The translations under genes were made by a program, and so were the position numbers. Under the pieces are notes generated by a model. It saw nothing but the letters and a program-made list of their open reading frames with translations. It was not told the DNA's origin and searched no databases. From Octopus sinensis (taxonomy: Eukaryota), in NCBI RefSeq assembly GCF_006345805.1, contig NC_043007.1, forward strand, positions 64,790,001-64,854,000: DNA of 64,000 nucleotides, written 5' to 3'. The stretch's first letter is position 1. The number at the start of each line of letters is the position of its first letter. Shown here one piece after another: positions 12,981 through 26,937 of this stretch.

Positions 12981-13262
12981 GACTTTCATAGATACTATCC
13001 TCATCATCACAATTAGTACGACCACTAACACCACTACCATCTGACCTGCTGACACCATCTGACACAAGCATCAGACATCACCTCCTCCTCCTCCTCCTCC
13101 TCTCCTCCTCTTTGCTGCCATCGTTTTTGCGTCCCATTTTCCACGTTCCTAATGCACATTTGACATTTTCCACGGATGCAACGGCACGTAGCGTCTATTC
13201 TTCGAAGTTAAATTCCACCCACTTGCTCTCATAAGCTCTCTAACTAATTCTCACCCAATTTC
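12976..13262. repeat. Diverged repeat, copy 1 (paralogous to 20322-20612)
   Basis: Collinear shared blocks: catcatcacaatta, gacacaag..tcagac.tcacctc, gccat.gtttttgcgtcccattttccac, ttcttcgaagtta, cacccaatttc. Both copies directly follow a (CA)n tract. Confidence 0.7.
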
Positions 13263-13961
13263 ACCCCCACCACCTTTTTAACCCTTTTCCCCCCAATCCC
13301 ACACAATTCCTCAGCTCCTTTTCCTCAACCTCTTTCTCCCCTTCCTCACTTTATGAACATAAAAGCAGTCTACCATTGCTATCACTCTCATCTACAGTAA
13401 CATTCATCACCAGAGTCAATAGACTTTCAGGTTGTATGTCTAATAAAGAAATGATATTGGTCATCTCCACCAACCCCAACATCATCTAACAAAACACAAC
13501 ACCATTCCTATCGCCTTTATCAACATAACCCCCAATACCATCATCTAAACCATATTCGCTACTGCCGCCAACACTACCTCGGTCACCATTACCGCAGCCA
13601 ACACTGCCGCCGCCGCCGCCACCGCCACCACCACCACCATCACTACCACCGCTGCCACACTCTCCTCCCTCCTCCCCTCCCTACTATCTCCTCCTCCTCC
13701 TCCTCCTCATGATCATCATTTTCAACATCATCATTTCTTTCCTCTATTCGTCTCGGTGCAATTATCAACAGCTTGCATTATTGATGAAAACATTTTCTAT
13801 GACCTGATGATGTGGAGAGAACAGAAAGGAGGGATGTATGTATGTGTGTTGTATATTTGTGTGTGTATGTGTGCGTGTACACACGGCGTTTGTTGCATGT
13901 TAATGTGTGAGCGTACACACACTCACTGCATATAATATTTATATATATTGTGTTTGATATA

Positions 13962-14032
<71 letters not shown>

Positions 14033-14288
14033 ATATATATTATATATATAATATATATATATATACCATACATATACATATATTATATATATAGATACCA
14101 AGATAGATAGATAAATTCTAAGACAGACAGAGTGAAAAAGTTCACAATGATAACGGGTGTGTTTGTGGGTGTCGCGTGGGTGCGTGAAAGAGAGAGAGAT
14201 AGAGAGAGAGAGAGAGTTCAGTGCTTCCAAACTAAATTAGTGTGCTGAGAAGGCATCATGAGTATGTTATCCACACTATATATATGTG

Positions 14289-14362
<74 letters not shown>

Positions 14363-15089
14363 GTTATATATAGTGTACAAATGTTTTCATGTATGCACGT
14401 ATTCATCTATCCATGAATATGTCTGCATGCGTGAATGTGTATGTGAATTCATGGTCAGTAATCTACTTAAAAAATTGAAAAATGGGAAACAGAGAAGGAC
14501 ATTAAAGGTCATTTGTTATTGTCGTTAACGTTGTTAGTGTTGTTGCCAATGTGTTGTTTCGTGTTGTTTACCCTCAAATTAATATTTTAGTGGCTTGTTG
14601 TTATAACAAAGGATAAACAAGTGCAGTAAACTGATACATAAGCCCTAAATTTTGGTAAACCAACAATATCCTTTAGAGTTAGAAAAGGCATGAACCTCAA
14701 ATCGTTTCACGGCTCTTCATCAGCACATACAGTGCTTTATGCTTGACTGCATTTGTCAATCGAAAGCACAGCTTAATTAAATAAGCCAACCTTAGAAACT
14801 GAGTTCTTTTGATAAGGCACAACAAGGTAACGTGCACTTTGTATAAGATAAACTGGAAGATGGAATTTTCATGCCTTTCCCAAAGAAAGCTGCAGTGTAA
14901 AGAAGGGTTTAAAATTAGAATCGAAACAACATCGATAGTTCATAACCTATACAATCCTATCCCACGGCATAGAAAGTCTTAGGCACTGTTTTGTTTCTGC
15001 TTTTTGGACAAGGATATTATACTCCTTCAGTTTTGGGAACGTGGCTCTACCATGCAATACCATGCAAAGTGAGCGATATAGTGAAATAC

Positions 15090-15126
<37 letters not shown>

Positions 15127-15370
15127 AAAATAAATAAATAAATAAATAAATAAAGTAGGAGACAAATAAAAGACATTAGAAGGAATTGCCCTAATTTCAA
15201 AAACCTAGAAGAAATTCTGTTTCGTTGAAATCTAGTAGATTCCTGCTTGTACTTAGATTGTAGGTCAGAGATACGAATGTGTGGTGTGTCTTTGTGTGCG
15301 TCGGTTGGGTTAGAGAAGATTAATCAATTCATTAGGTAATTCATAAATTTATCTATATAGCATTTTGAAG

Positions 15371-15416
<46 letters not shown>

Positions 15417-15655
15417 ACGCATGTGCGTGCGTGCGCGCGCACCTATTTGTGCATTGCAACTGAGCTGAAGCACAACTGGATTGTTCAGAAAATAATTACT
15501 CGGTGTTCAGAAAAGTTGGTTCTTCAGAAAATAATTACTGATTAAGCTGGGTTTCCAGAACAGATGGCAGCATATATAGATTGGTGTATGCAGTTGTGTA
15601 GACAAATTAATATTTATTTAGGAAGATGGATAGTTATAACAGAGAGAGAGAGAGT

Positions 15656-15693
<38 letters not shown>

Positions 15694-17384
15694 AAGAGGT
15701 ACAAAAACAGAGCGGTAAAAAGAGGAGGGCGAAAGAGATAGAAGTAATGGAGCTTAGCTAGACTGAGACTGTATACATGAAGCTGCAGTCCGTTACAGAT
15801 AATACATTGTAACTCATACACATACATACATGCAGTTGCTCATTATTCTAAATATATCGTGTCCCACTTATATGGCCAATATAACATTTAGAGTAGCTGG
15901 GAAATTTGCAATTTTCACTTTTGATATCGAATTTATAAATCACATTATTCACTGATTAGTGGCTTGTTCACGTGTTTACATGCTTGTGGTTTGGTATTGA
16001 TAAGAAAAGGTTTCAATTTTAGTTTTTGTTCCCTAATATTATTACTATTGATGGGAATGCACATGGACTGCTAGTTAGAACGTTGGGCTCTCAACTATAA
16101 CATCGTGCATTCTATTCCTGAATCAGATGGTCCGTTGTTTCCTTGAGCAACACACTATCCAACTGAAAATGGGTAGCAACTGAATGCTAGTGGAATTCTC
16201 TTATGCACATCATCAATGTTCGCTGAGGCAAGGGTGGCAGAGCTGAGAAGTTACTTATATCTGTTTTCAGCTTCATTACCACGTAAAGCAATTAGTAACG
16301 TATGGTGCATGCTACCAAGTCATTCTTGCTTGCGAGTGACAGGGCTATGATGTATTACTTTTAGTGTTAACTTATAGTTTGGTGTAATGCATTTTGCTTT
16401 GATTATTTTGCATATACTCTATAGTTCGTATGCGTTTCATTCATATAATCTCAATGATCTTTTAGTTAGGGATTTGCCATTAACATTTCATATCTATCGT
16501 TGAACGTTTCTAAATATATGCATTTAAAATAAGAAAAATGATGTTTCTCATATTGTGTGTGTATGTGTGCATAGAATATGCGCGCGTACATATGCACACG
16601 TTTATGTATAAGCGAGCATAATACAAGAGTAGAATAAGAAAGAAAAAGGGAGGGATAGAGTTACACAAATATTTGATAAATTTTAATATATTTGTGTTAT
16701 CTGTACACCTCTGTGTGTGTCTACGTATGTATGTGTATGTATGTATGTATGTATGTATGTATGTATGTATGTATGTATGTATGTATGTATGTATGTATGT
16801 ATGTATGTATATATATATATATATATATATATGCGTGTGTGTACACATTAACGAATTAACCAATCGATCAATAAACAGCCACTTTGTCCACTAATTTCAT
16901 TTCCTCGGAGCGACCTTGCTTTGTTTTAACGTCTGTGTATATGTGTGTGCAAGTAAATGTGTGTGTGTGCGTGTGTGTGTGCGTACGTGCGCGTGTATGC
17001 GAGAGTATGTGTAGTGTATGTTGTGTATGTGTGCATATATTGTTATCTGTGTCTTAACGCTCTCATGATTGTGTTTGCGCGTATGCGTTAGTGTGAATTG
17101 TTCTTTATATATATATATATATATTTGTTTTTTCTATAAGTCTGTGTTGTTTTCATTTTTTTCACTTCTACTTTCATTTGTTTTGTTTTTATATTTAAGG
17201 CGGGTGCATTGATCAAGGATTAATCTAATTATTGTAATTATTGGCAAGGTTTAGTAGTGAAGTTGCCTCCTAGTCTGGTGATAACAGTTGCTTAGTTGTT
17301 CAGTTGCTTGCAGTGACACACACACAAACACACGCACACACACATACACGCACACCAACACACGCACACGCACGCACGCACACG

Positions 17385-17431
<47 letters not shown>

Positions 17432-17443
17432 TTACACATACAC

Positions 17444-17551
17444 ATGACAGGCTTTCACAAACTTTCCATCTATCAAAACCACTCACAAGGCATTAAGTCG
17501 GCCCGGGGCTACAGTAGAAAGCATTTGCCCAAGGTGCCGCGCAGCGGTACT
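17444..17551 (-). mobile_element. tRNA-derived SINE family B fragment
   Basis: Reverse complement matches the 40218-40390 body (gcaagtg.tt.cta..tag...gggccgac.aatgccttgtgagt). Confidence 0.6.
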
Positions 17552-17768
17552 ACATATATACACTTATGTGTGTGTGGGTGTGTGTGTGTATTCGTAAACT
17601 TGCATCGTACCTATTTGTTTGAATGTAGGATAAATTATGCAAGTATAGAATTTAGTACACATATGTTTAAGGCAATAATTCCTTGTTTGCAAGAAGTAAA
17701 TTATTTCATATTAGGTATGTATGCAGTTTTGACTTTGTAAGACAGGTCTACTGCGTGGCGGAAAAAGT

Positions 17769-17855
<87 letters not shown>

Positions 17856-18112
17856 CACGCACACACACACATACACACACACACACACTCTCTCTCTCTT
17901 TCTCTCCATCTCTCTCTATCTCTCTCTATCACACACACACATACTTGGAATACGGCTCTTCAGTAATACATTCGTCGAAATTATAATGGCCAAGAAACAA
18001 TTAGTCGACAGACAAATTGGTCGAAAACTCATTAGACGACATTATTCGTCGATAAAATACAGTAGAAATATTTACGGAAAATTATGAACATAAATCGAAC
18101 ATTAATTCTGAC

Positions 18113-18198
<86 letters not shown>

Positions 18199-18617
18199 AG
18201 GTTGTGTATCGACTCTTTATGACGTTGTATATATATACTAACACACACACACATACTTACATATTATTACGTATCTACAGTTCAATTAGTAAAGATATAC
18301 AGAGACAGGCTGTTATATATATACCTTTGTAAAATAATTATCAATAATAGCAAACATCAGAATCTTAAAGATCTTACTGATTTGTATCACAGGATATATT
18401 CCGAGTTAATTAGGATGTTATTGCTGTTATTGTCGCTGAATCGCCTTATATTCATTATCATTGTGTTTGTGCTTTTTTAAAATTTCGTATGACGTAGAGA
18501 GAAGTGTTGTCTTACCTGAAATAGATATAAAAAGTAAAATCATTAGAAATAAACATTGTCAATGGAAAGTCACTATTACCACTCACCACCTTAATAATAA
18601 TAATAATAATAATATTA

Positions 18618-18669
<52 letters not shown>

Positions 18670-18673
<4 letters not shown>

Positions 18674-19515
18674 TGATGACGGCAACTATTGTTGCAAAGA
18701 AGGTGAAAATGATGGCAACGAATAAAGCGCACGAGCAATTGGCTGTTAGGTGGGAGGAGAAACCTCTGCACGGCAAATATGTGACCCGCAGCAAACAAGC
18801 TGATGTTGAACAGAAGCAAACCCATCAGTGGCTACGGAGCTCAGGGCTAAAAGCAGAGAGCGAAGGTTTCATCCTGGCTGCTCAAGATCAAAGCCTATTA
18901 ACCCGGAACTACCAGGCCAATGTGATGAAAAATGGAGCAGACCCAAAATGCCGATTCTGCAACGACATGATTGAAACAGTGGACCACCTAATCTCTGGAT
19001 GTAAAGTCTTAGCACCAGTGGAGTATAAATTAAGACATGACAGAGTTGGCCAATATCTCCACTGGCTAATAAGTCGGCATTACAATATCAAAACTGCCGA
19101 CAAGTGGTATAATCACCACCCTGAGGCTGTAACTGAAGGAGAAAATGTAACCATTCTGTGGGACTTTCCAGTACATACAGACCGAACCATCAAGGCCAAT
19201 AAACCAGATATTGTTGTGAAAGACCAAAACAATAAAGTTTGCTTATTGATCGACATGAGTATCCCCTGTGATCATAATATCTCAGCGAAAGAGTTTGACA
19301 AGCTCAGAAAATATAAAGACCTACTCATTGAAATTGAGAAAATGTGGCATCTCAAGGCGGTTACAATACCAGTGATCGTAGGAGCACTAGGAATGATCAA
19401 GAAGGGAACCGAAAATTATATGAGAACGATCCCTGGCTTACCATCCCTGCAAGAAGTGCAAAAGATTGTCTTAACTGGTACATCACACATATTGAGAAGA
19501 GCATTGTCGATGTGA
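18670..19515 (+). CDS. R4/Dong-type non-LTR retrotransposon ORF, C-terminal part (CCHC finger + restriction-like endonuclease), 5'-truncated
   Basis: Open 281-aa frame with CRFCNDMIETVDHLISGC (CX2CX8HX4C), RHD, KPDIVV, IDMSIP and KLRKYKDL. The 3' UTR runs to about 19690, followed by (AAT)n, and (AAT)n also lies upstream. Confidence 0.88.
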
Positions 19516-19688
19516 GAACTGTTGCTGCTCATGTATTTTAATTTAACTTATAAAAAAAAAAAAAATGAACTAACTATTGAGTTTGGTTTAATGGCCTACC
19601 AATGTATACTATGAGTTTCTTTGCCCTAGGAGTCGGGAAGACACTCGGCAAGAAATGGAAGCAAATTTGAAAGAAGAAAAAAAAAGTA

Positions 19689-19723
<35 letters not shown>

Positions 19724-20248
19724 TAGGGTCAAGGCCGGCAATTTTTAGGGTATGTGTAAATTGATTACATCGAACCTAGCTCTTTATTTTATCCATCCAG
19801 AAAGAGTAAAAGGCAAAGTTGACCTCGCGGGTATTAGAGCTTATCGAAAAAGAGTAAAAGAGGGAACGGAAAATTGTAATAAGTCAAGTAAAGAAAGACA
19901 GTTACACAGAAGTGCATGTATACTACGCAGAACAAAGCACAAAAAGACTGAAAATAGAACAGTAAATGAGCCATAAAGAAGAAAAAGTGCATTTGCACGT
20001 TAAGAGTAATGTTAGCCACTTTCGGTGTCTGTGGTCGCTACTAATTTACTTAAGTAATAATTTAATACGTTATATACTTTGCCACAATTTTTAGTTTCCC
20101 ATCGGGCAACACTGGCTGGAAACTAGATAAAGAACCGTTTTGTAAGTTTGCTTAGCGCTTGTTTCCATTTTATCGGACAAAGCCACAACCAATCACTTGT
20201 TTAAGCACATTTGTGTACTAAGCAGTCGTACAAGTATAATAAACAATA

Positions 20249-20321
<73 letters not shown>

Positions 20322-20327
<6 letters not shown>

Positions 20328-20612
20328 GAGTTTCAGAGATGATGCCATCCTCACATCATCACAATTACCCTTAATACAGCCATTAACACCATCATCATCT
20401 GATCTCACAGACACAAGTGTCAGACTTCACCTCTACTTCTCACTCTTTCTTCCATCCCTTCGCTTTTCACTCCTCCCCTCCTCGCCATTGTTTTTGCGTC
20501 CCATTTTCCACATTTCTACGGTTGCAACAGCATGTAATGTCCATTCTTCTTCGAAGTTATTTTCCTCCTACTTGTTCTCAATCCATAAGATTTATAATTG
20601 CCACCCAATTTC
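20322..20612. repeat. Diverged repeat, copy 2 (paralogous to 12976-13262)
   Basis: See 12976-13262: same orientation and same (CA)n left flank. Confidence 0.7.
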
Positions 20613-20903
20613 TCACATCTTACCATTCTTACTTACCCCTTAAAATTATGCATAACATGCAGAAAATAGCACTACGTATGTTTGTAAGCGTTTCATCAAT
20701 ATCATAGAAGATACAAACTTGTAACAAAACACTGTCCGTGCTAAATGCACATAGAGCTGCAATAATTATAAATCTTTTATCAAATTTCTTGGTGCATATA
20801 CAAAACGGTGATTTTCTAAAGATAAACATTTATTATCTTCAAAATTAATTAAAATATATTTCTTTGTTTGTAAATCTCCTCCCATATCACTTCTGTCATT
20901 TAT

Positions 20904-20943
<40 letters not shown>

Positions 20944-22738
20944 TTGCGCACACGCGTGCGTATGTGTGTATATGTATAGGTTCTATGCGAATTTCTTGAG
21001 CACGTTCGAAAAAACGTTAAGCGAAAAAATATCTTGTTATTCTTTGATAAATACTATATACATATATACATGCACCCCCACACAAGATAAGTTTCTCCAC
21101 AGTTTGCGTCTACCTAATTCCACGCAGAAAGTATTGGTCAATCTGAGGCTTTTGTAGAAAACATTTGTTTAAGTTGTCAGGAGAAAGACATGGCTGCAAA
21201 GCGAAACTTTTAATCTCACAGCCACATTTGGCAGGTAGCAACTTCCGAAAGCTATGGTACTAAGTTCCAACAGATATCTCAACTTCTATTTATGTTAGTC
21301 CAAAGAAAATATGTGGCACAATAGAAACAGAGGCATAAATGGAAGAGATAAGGTTACTTAATAAGTATGACAAAGACACCGCTTGCGTTGTTGTGAAAAT
21401 CGACTGTTGATATCACGAAATTATTTTCAGATTGTGTTGATTATCTGGTATACAAGACTGGTCCAAACAAAAAGAGAACATTAGACTAACGGACACCGCA
21501 TTCTTATTAAACAACAGTTCCATATCTAGCTCACACGAGTACTATAAAGAGGCATTTAAACTGCGGAGGAAGCACATAAACATGATAGGCAGAAAATGTC
21601 AATGTGAGCTCATTTGCGCGTGTACAGAGATTTACAATAAACAATAACGCGTTCTCAAATGTTGAAACAGAAAAACTGGTAGAAAGAATATACACTGGAA
21701 ATAAAACAAAACAATTGATTACAAATAAAAAAAGATGTCCTATCACAAAACAAGGAAAATATTATAACAACCTATCTCATACGAAATACATACTTAAGAC
21801 TTCACAAAGGACAGAAAGCAGCACACAAAGACGACAATTACACTTACTATTAATGAGCCCTCAGAACACAAAAAAAATCTTAACGTAAAACTAGTTAGTC
21901 AACAACAGACGCAAAAATCCAAAATGGTGATGGCGACCATAGAATACCCCGTGTAACCATTCAACTTAATATACAACCAAAACAAAAGATTACCCTCACC
22001 CACATACTTAACTGACGATAAAAGTACACATCGCAATAGATCTAGTAGAATTAAAGTTAAAGAAGAAACAATGAAAAAAGTAAAAGAGAGAAGTATTTAA
22101 AAAATCAATAAACATGGATCAACGGGAACATCTGCTCAAGCTACATACGAACAAGCAAAGAAAAAATAAATATAACGAACTCCTCACACGAAATTATGTC
22201 CAGTGATGTATTTAGTAGCAATGATGATATAAACGAAAACTGAGACTGATCTTAATAGAATCAGGTTCTAACCCAAACCCCACTACCAAAACTGGGAAGA
22301 AAATATACTACAAACATTATTAAACAAGGCGAAGCCTATCCTTTCCAAGTGAAATAGAAAAACTGGGATCCAACATGTAAAGGAAAAGCAGAATACAACT
22401 AAACAAAAGTATAGTATCAAGAAAGAAAGAAAACGTTATGTAGGCAAAAGGAAAGCTTAAATAAACCTCTTCAGCAAAAACATGCAAGATAAGACACTTT
22501 GAAAAACATGAATACTTCCAGGAGAACAAGGTATTTGAATTAAATCAACAGTACAATTTACAACAACATTAATAAAATGCAAAACAAACAAACGTCATCA
22601 CCCTCCCCAAACAACAACGAAACACAACATAACACTAGAGAACACGAACTTCAACAACAATTTATGAATTCTGGGAGAGAATATGAAGAAAAAACATTCG
22701 GCACAACTGATCAGAATGGCTGAAAGATAAAAAAAATA

Positions 22739-23165
22739 TGTTGCAATCACCCGGTGTCGCTAAAATGTTACATACGTATTCAACAAAATCAGTCCAGTCA
22801 TGACTCCTCGACAATTTCTTCTTTTAACGCACTTCTTTCTGAGCTTAGTCATCAATATAAATTCGGCACATTTTGACAACTTGACACAGAACTTTGAGAG
22901 AGCATTGAGAGACAGCAGACACAAGATGGCCGATGGACGGCGGACAGACTCATATAGCTGCCGACCTGTGCTGTGACAGCAACCACAATGAACAATCGGC
23001 GAAAGCAACATAAACAATCGGTAGCTTGCTTTTTGACTACTATTACAATTACCCCAAGAACAATAACATTCAAATTCTCTCGACATTTTGTTGTTTCTAG
23101 TAACGACAGTATTTATTTTTTGTGTACGAAAACAATAAAATTTTGTCTACCAAAAATTGCAACAG
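22739..23165. mobile_element. Unclassified insertion within the LINE, possible short-TIR element
   Basis: GC-richer, non-LINE sequence bounded by tgttgcaat (22739-22747) and attgcaaca (23157-23165). The TIR is short and may be chance. Confidence 0.3.
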
Positions 23166-24167
23166 ATTCAGTTCTTCGTACGTATATAACAGAACAGTTG
23201 AATTTTTTAATTGAAGAAAATGTATCAAGGCAAAAAGAGGGTAAATAACATGGGAGGCTGAGGGAGCAACTCCAGGATTGCCTTAATGGAGGAATAATAC
23301 CAGATTGGATGACTAGAGGGAGGACAATACGCCTTATGAAAGATAAAAGCAAGGGTAATACAGCTGGCAATTATAGACCAATCACTTGCTTACCACTAGT
23401 GTGGGAGTTGTTAACAAGAATGCTTTCAGAAGGCATTTATGAGCACCTTGGAAACCAGAATTTACTGCCAGAAGAACAGAAAAGTTGCAAGAAGAAGGCC
23501 AGAGGAACGCAGGATCTATTATATATAGACAAAGCAATTCTAAATGAAGTAAAAGTTAGAAAGAAAAATGTGACAATAGCATGGATAGATTTTAAGAAAG
23601 TTTATGACATGACCCCGCACTCATGTGTAAGTGAATGTTTGAGTATATTCAGTATAGCAGACAACGTAAGAGAATTAATTAGCTTTAGCATGAAGAAATG
23701 GAAAGTAGATCTCTACTCTGGTGACACAATCTTAAAGAAAGTTAATATTTAGAGAGGAATTTTCCAAGGGGACTCGTTATTCCTTTTAATATTTCTGTTA
23801 TGTTTGATCCTCCTCAGTTTAGTATTAAGGAAGGCAAAGACAGAGTATCAGAGCAGAAATATTAAAGGAAAAATGAACTATTTGCTCCACATGGATGATC
23901 TGAAGCTAATGTATTCAAAGCTAAATGGTCAGAATCTAGTGAACGTTGTAAATACTTGAGCAGTATCATTACTTAGATATTTAGCAGCTTTTGTAGATTA
24001 GACAAAAACTGAATTAGCAAAGCTAGACAGAAGAACTAGGAAGGAATTTAATATGAATGGACTCCAACCAAGAGCAGGAATAGATTATACTAACTTAGAA
24101 AGGAGGACGGAAGAGGGTTAATATCAGCAGAAGATTGCGTAAAGTTAGCTTGAGTAGATATAGACTC

Positions 24168-24343
24168 ATATTCTATATTTAAGAGATGAGGAATTATGTA
24201 CATTATTTACATTTGACGGATTTTGTCCTCATCTTGTTTGTTGTTAACACAACGTTTCGGATGATATACTCTCCAGCCTTCATCAGGTGTCTTGGGGAAA
24301 TTTCGAACCTGGGTTCTCATTCCTAAGGTATTTTTCGATGTTG

Positions 24344-24397
<54 letters not shown>

Positions 24398-24617
24398 TCA
24401 CTACCTGGAATCGAACTCGGAATCACGCTCTTAACCACTACGCTACTAATAGTAATAATAATACCATAAAAAATACCTTAGGAATGAGAACCCAGGTTCG
24501 AAATTTCCCCAAGACACCCGATGAAGGCCGCAGGACATATCAGCCGAAACGTGTTAACAACAAACAAGATGAGGACAAATATCCTTCAAATGTAAATAAT
24601 GTAAATAATGTAAATAC
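24168..24617 (-). mobile_element. tRNA-headed, hammerhead-bearing SINE-like element with inverted second arm and 9-bp TSD
   Basis: Minus strand order: A-box tagcgtagtggtt (24445-24433), B-box gagttcgattcc (24418-24407), (AAT)n, body, HHR (24292-24246), tail. An inverted copy of the body lies at about 24465-24617. tatagactc flanks it at 24159-24167 and 24618-24626. Confidence 0.8.
24246..24292 (-). ncRNA. Minimal type I hammerhead ribozyme motif
   Basis: AGACAC-CTGATGA-A-GG(C)TG-gagagtatat-CA(T)CC-GAA-ACGT-T-GTGTT. Core is intact, stem III is the palindrome ACGT, and stem II has one mismatch. Confidence 0.7.
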
Positions 24618-26012
24618 TATAGACTCCTATGTTGGTAATAGTGAATAAAGATTATTAAAAGCTGCCAGAGTCATAGCAAGACATAGGGAAACTAAAAACC
24701 CAAACGAAGTTAAAAACCAGAAAAAATTATCTGATTGGCAGGAGAAGGTTTTGGTAGATTCCCAAGTATAGTGGCAGTAAATAGTAGTAGTGAGGCATAG
24801 TTAAGTTTGCAAAAAGGAAGGATGAAACGGGAGAAGAAAGTTTTTTAATAGCAGCACAAGATCAAGCATTAAGGACTAATTGGATAAAAGCCAAGATAGA
24901 CAAAAACTGAGTAAATTCCCAATGTTGGCTATGCAAATCAAAAGAGGAAAGCCTTACTCATATAGTAAGTGAATGTAGCATGCTGGCACAGAATGACTAC
25001 AAGAGAAGGCATGACGACATGAGGAATAATCCACTGGGAGTTCTGTATAAAGATAGGATTTGGACATACTGATAAATGGTGTGAACATGAACCTAGTAAG
25101 GTACTAGAAAGTAAGAAATACAAGGTGTTGTGGAACTTTAACATTCAGATTGACAGAGTAATAGAAGCTAGAAGGCCTGATTTAGAAGTAGTAGATAAAG
25201 AGAATAGAAAGTGCCAGATAATTGACTTTACAGTCTTAAATGAAGAAAAAATCAATATGAAAGGTATAGAAAAAGTAGCAAAGTAGCAGGATCTAGCCAT
25301 AAAATTACAGAGACTATGGAAAGTGCGGGTAAAATGTATCCCAGTAGTTATAGTTGCATTGGAAACTATCCCTAAAGATTTGAATATATACATACATATA
25401 TGCATATATATATGTATGTATATATACATATATATATACTTATATACATACATACGTATATATATATATACATATATACGTATATATATTCATACATACG
25501 TATATATATATACATATATACGTATATATATTCATACGTACATATATACATACATATATACATACAAACACATATATATATATATACATACATATATACA
25601 TACATATATATGTGCATATATACATATATATATATGTATGCATACACACATACATATATATATGTTATATATACATACATATATATAATTATAGGTACAT
25701 ATATTTATACATTCATATTCGCGCGCATACATATGTACGCATTGAGAAAGAGAGAGATATACATACATGCCGTTGTATGAAGTGTATGTAAAAGTACTTA
25801 TATGCTTAAAATGACAGGTAGTTGGAGGGAAATGTAATTCTATTCAGAAGATTATTAATTCCATTAAAGACGATTGACTTGATAAAATGTGCGGCTGTTA
25901 TCAGCAAACGAAGCCAACCAATTGTTGATCAGTTTTGCAATATAAAAAAATGCCACTCACAATGATGATGATGATGATGATGATGATGTTGATGACGATG
26001 ATAATAATGATA

Positions 26013-26048
<36 letters not shown>

Positions 26049-26121
26049 TAATAAATAATATAATAATGATGATGATGATGATAATAATAATAATAATGAT
26101 AATAATAATAATAATAATAAC

Positions 26122-26158
<37 letters not shown>

Positions 26159-26159
26159 T

Positions 26160-26700
26160 ATTCACATACACGACAGAGTTGGGACCTATATACACTGGAA
26201 GCTGTGCCAACACTATGAAAAAACAACAGAAAAAAGATGGTATAGGCACACGCTAGAATAGTCACAGAAAATGAGAAATTAAGTCCAATAGGCCGGATAT
26301 AGTTGACAGAGATCACCCCCCAAAAAATGCTCTCTAATCGATGTATCAACACCAGCAATGTTTCTATAAAAGAAACGGAGGAACTTCCAAAATACAAAGA
26401 TCTGGAAATAGAGGTAACTCGAATGTGCAGCCTAAAAACAGAAACAATTCCTATCATAGTAGGCGCATTAGATACGTTAAAAAAACCCAGAAAAAACATT
26501 CAGACAAATACATAACAAAAACACCAGGACTTACAAGTATATATAACATACAGAAAATAGCACTACTAGGCAACGGACACATCCTACGTAAAGCACTTTC
26601 AATAAAGTGAAAATAAGAGTACCGCAACAAGCTACAGCACCAACCCAAGTTACAGACAGCTGCGATCAGTAGTGCAGTGAAAGTACGTTGTAGAAATAAG
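26160..26700 (+). pseudogene. R4/Dong LINE 3' fragment with deletions
   Basis: RHDRVG, PDIV, LIDVS and PKYKDLEIEVTRM...IIVGAL motifs. Closely similar to 52925-53520 in reverse, and begins right after an (AAT)n tract. Confidence 0.8.
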
Positions 26701-26760
26701 ACTAACGAATAATAACAACAAATATGAGTGTCTGTATACGCTCTCACACAAATATTAATG

Positions 26761-26792
<32 letters not shown>

Positions 26793-26937
26793 TACACACT
26801 TACGTGTATCTGTTTCTCTACCTCCCTCTCTCTCTCACACACACATACACACACACATATATGTATACACACGTTCATACATGCATGTTTATATACATAT
26901 ATTTATATTTGTGCCTGTATAAATATGTATGTATGTA

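Larger units (their letters stand above)
21550..25385 (+). pseudogene. Long decayed R4/Dong-type LINE (pre-RT region, RT, thumb, CCHC, endonuclease) with two internal insertions
   Basis: ENKVFELNQ-like motif near 22520. RT ORF 23309-23752 (NYRPITCLP, EEQKSC, AWIDFKKVYDMTPH) continues as RGIFQGDSL and LLHMDDLKL. RHD and PDL-type endonuclease motifs occur near 25010-25190. Many stops and frameshifts. The 5' boundary is approximate. Confidence 0.8.

Noticed and set aside
13796-13840. CTGATGA-TGT…ACA-GAAA hammerhead-like string
   Set aside because: No stem III and no stem I complementarity; likely chance.
14696-14730. Minus-strand CTGATGA-AGAGCCGT-GAAACG
   Set aside because: Stem II cannot form and stem I is absent; at most a badly decayed remnant.
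21500-21700. HDV-like ribozyme at the 5' end of the long R4/Dong copy
   Set aside because: The 5' end is too decayed or truncated; no nested pseudoknot could be recognised by eye.
24394-24446. tRNA gene (also considered at 57911-57975)
   Set aside because: A- and B-boxes are present but there is no complete cloverleaf; these are SINE heads.
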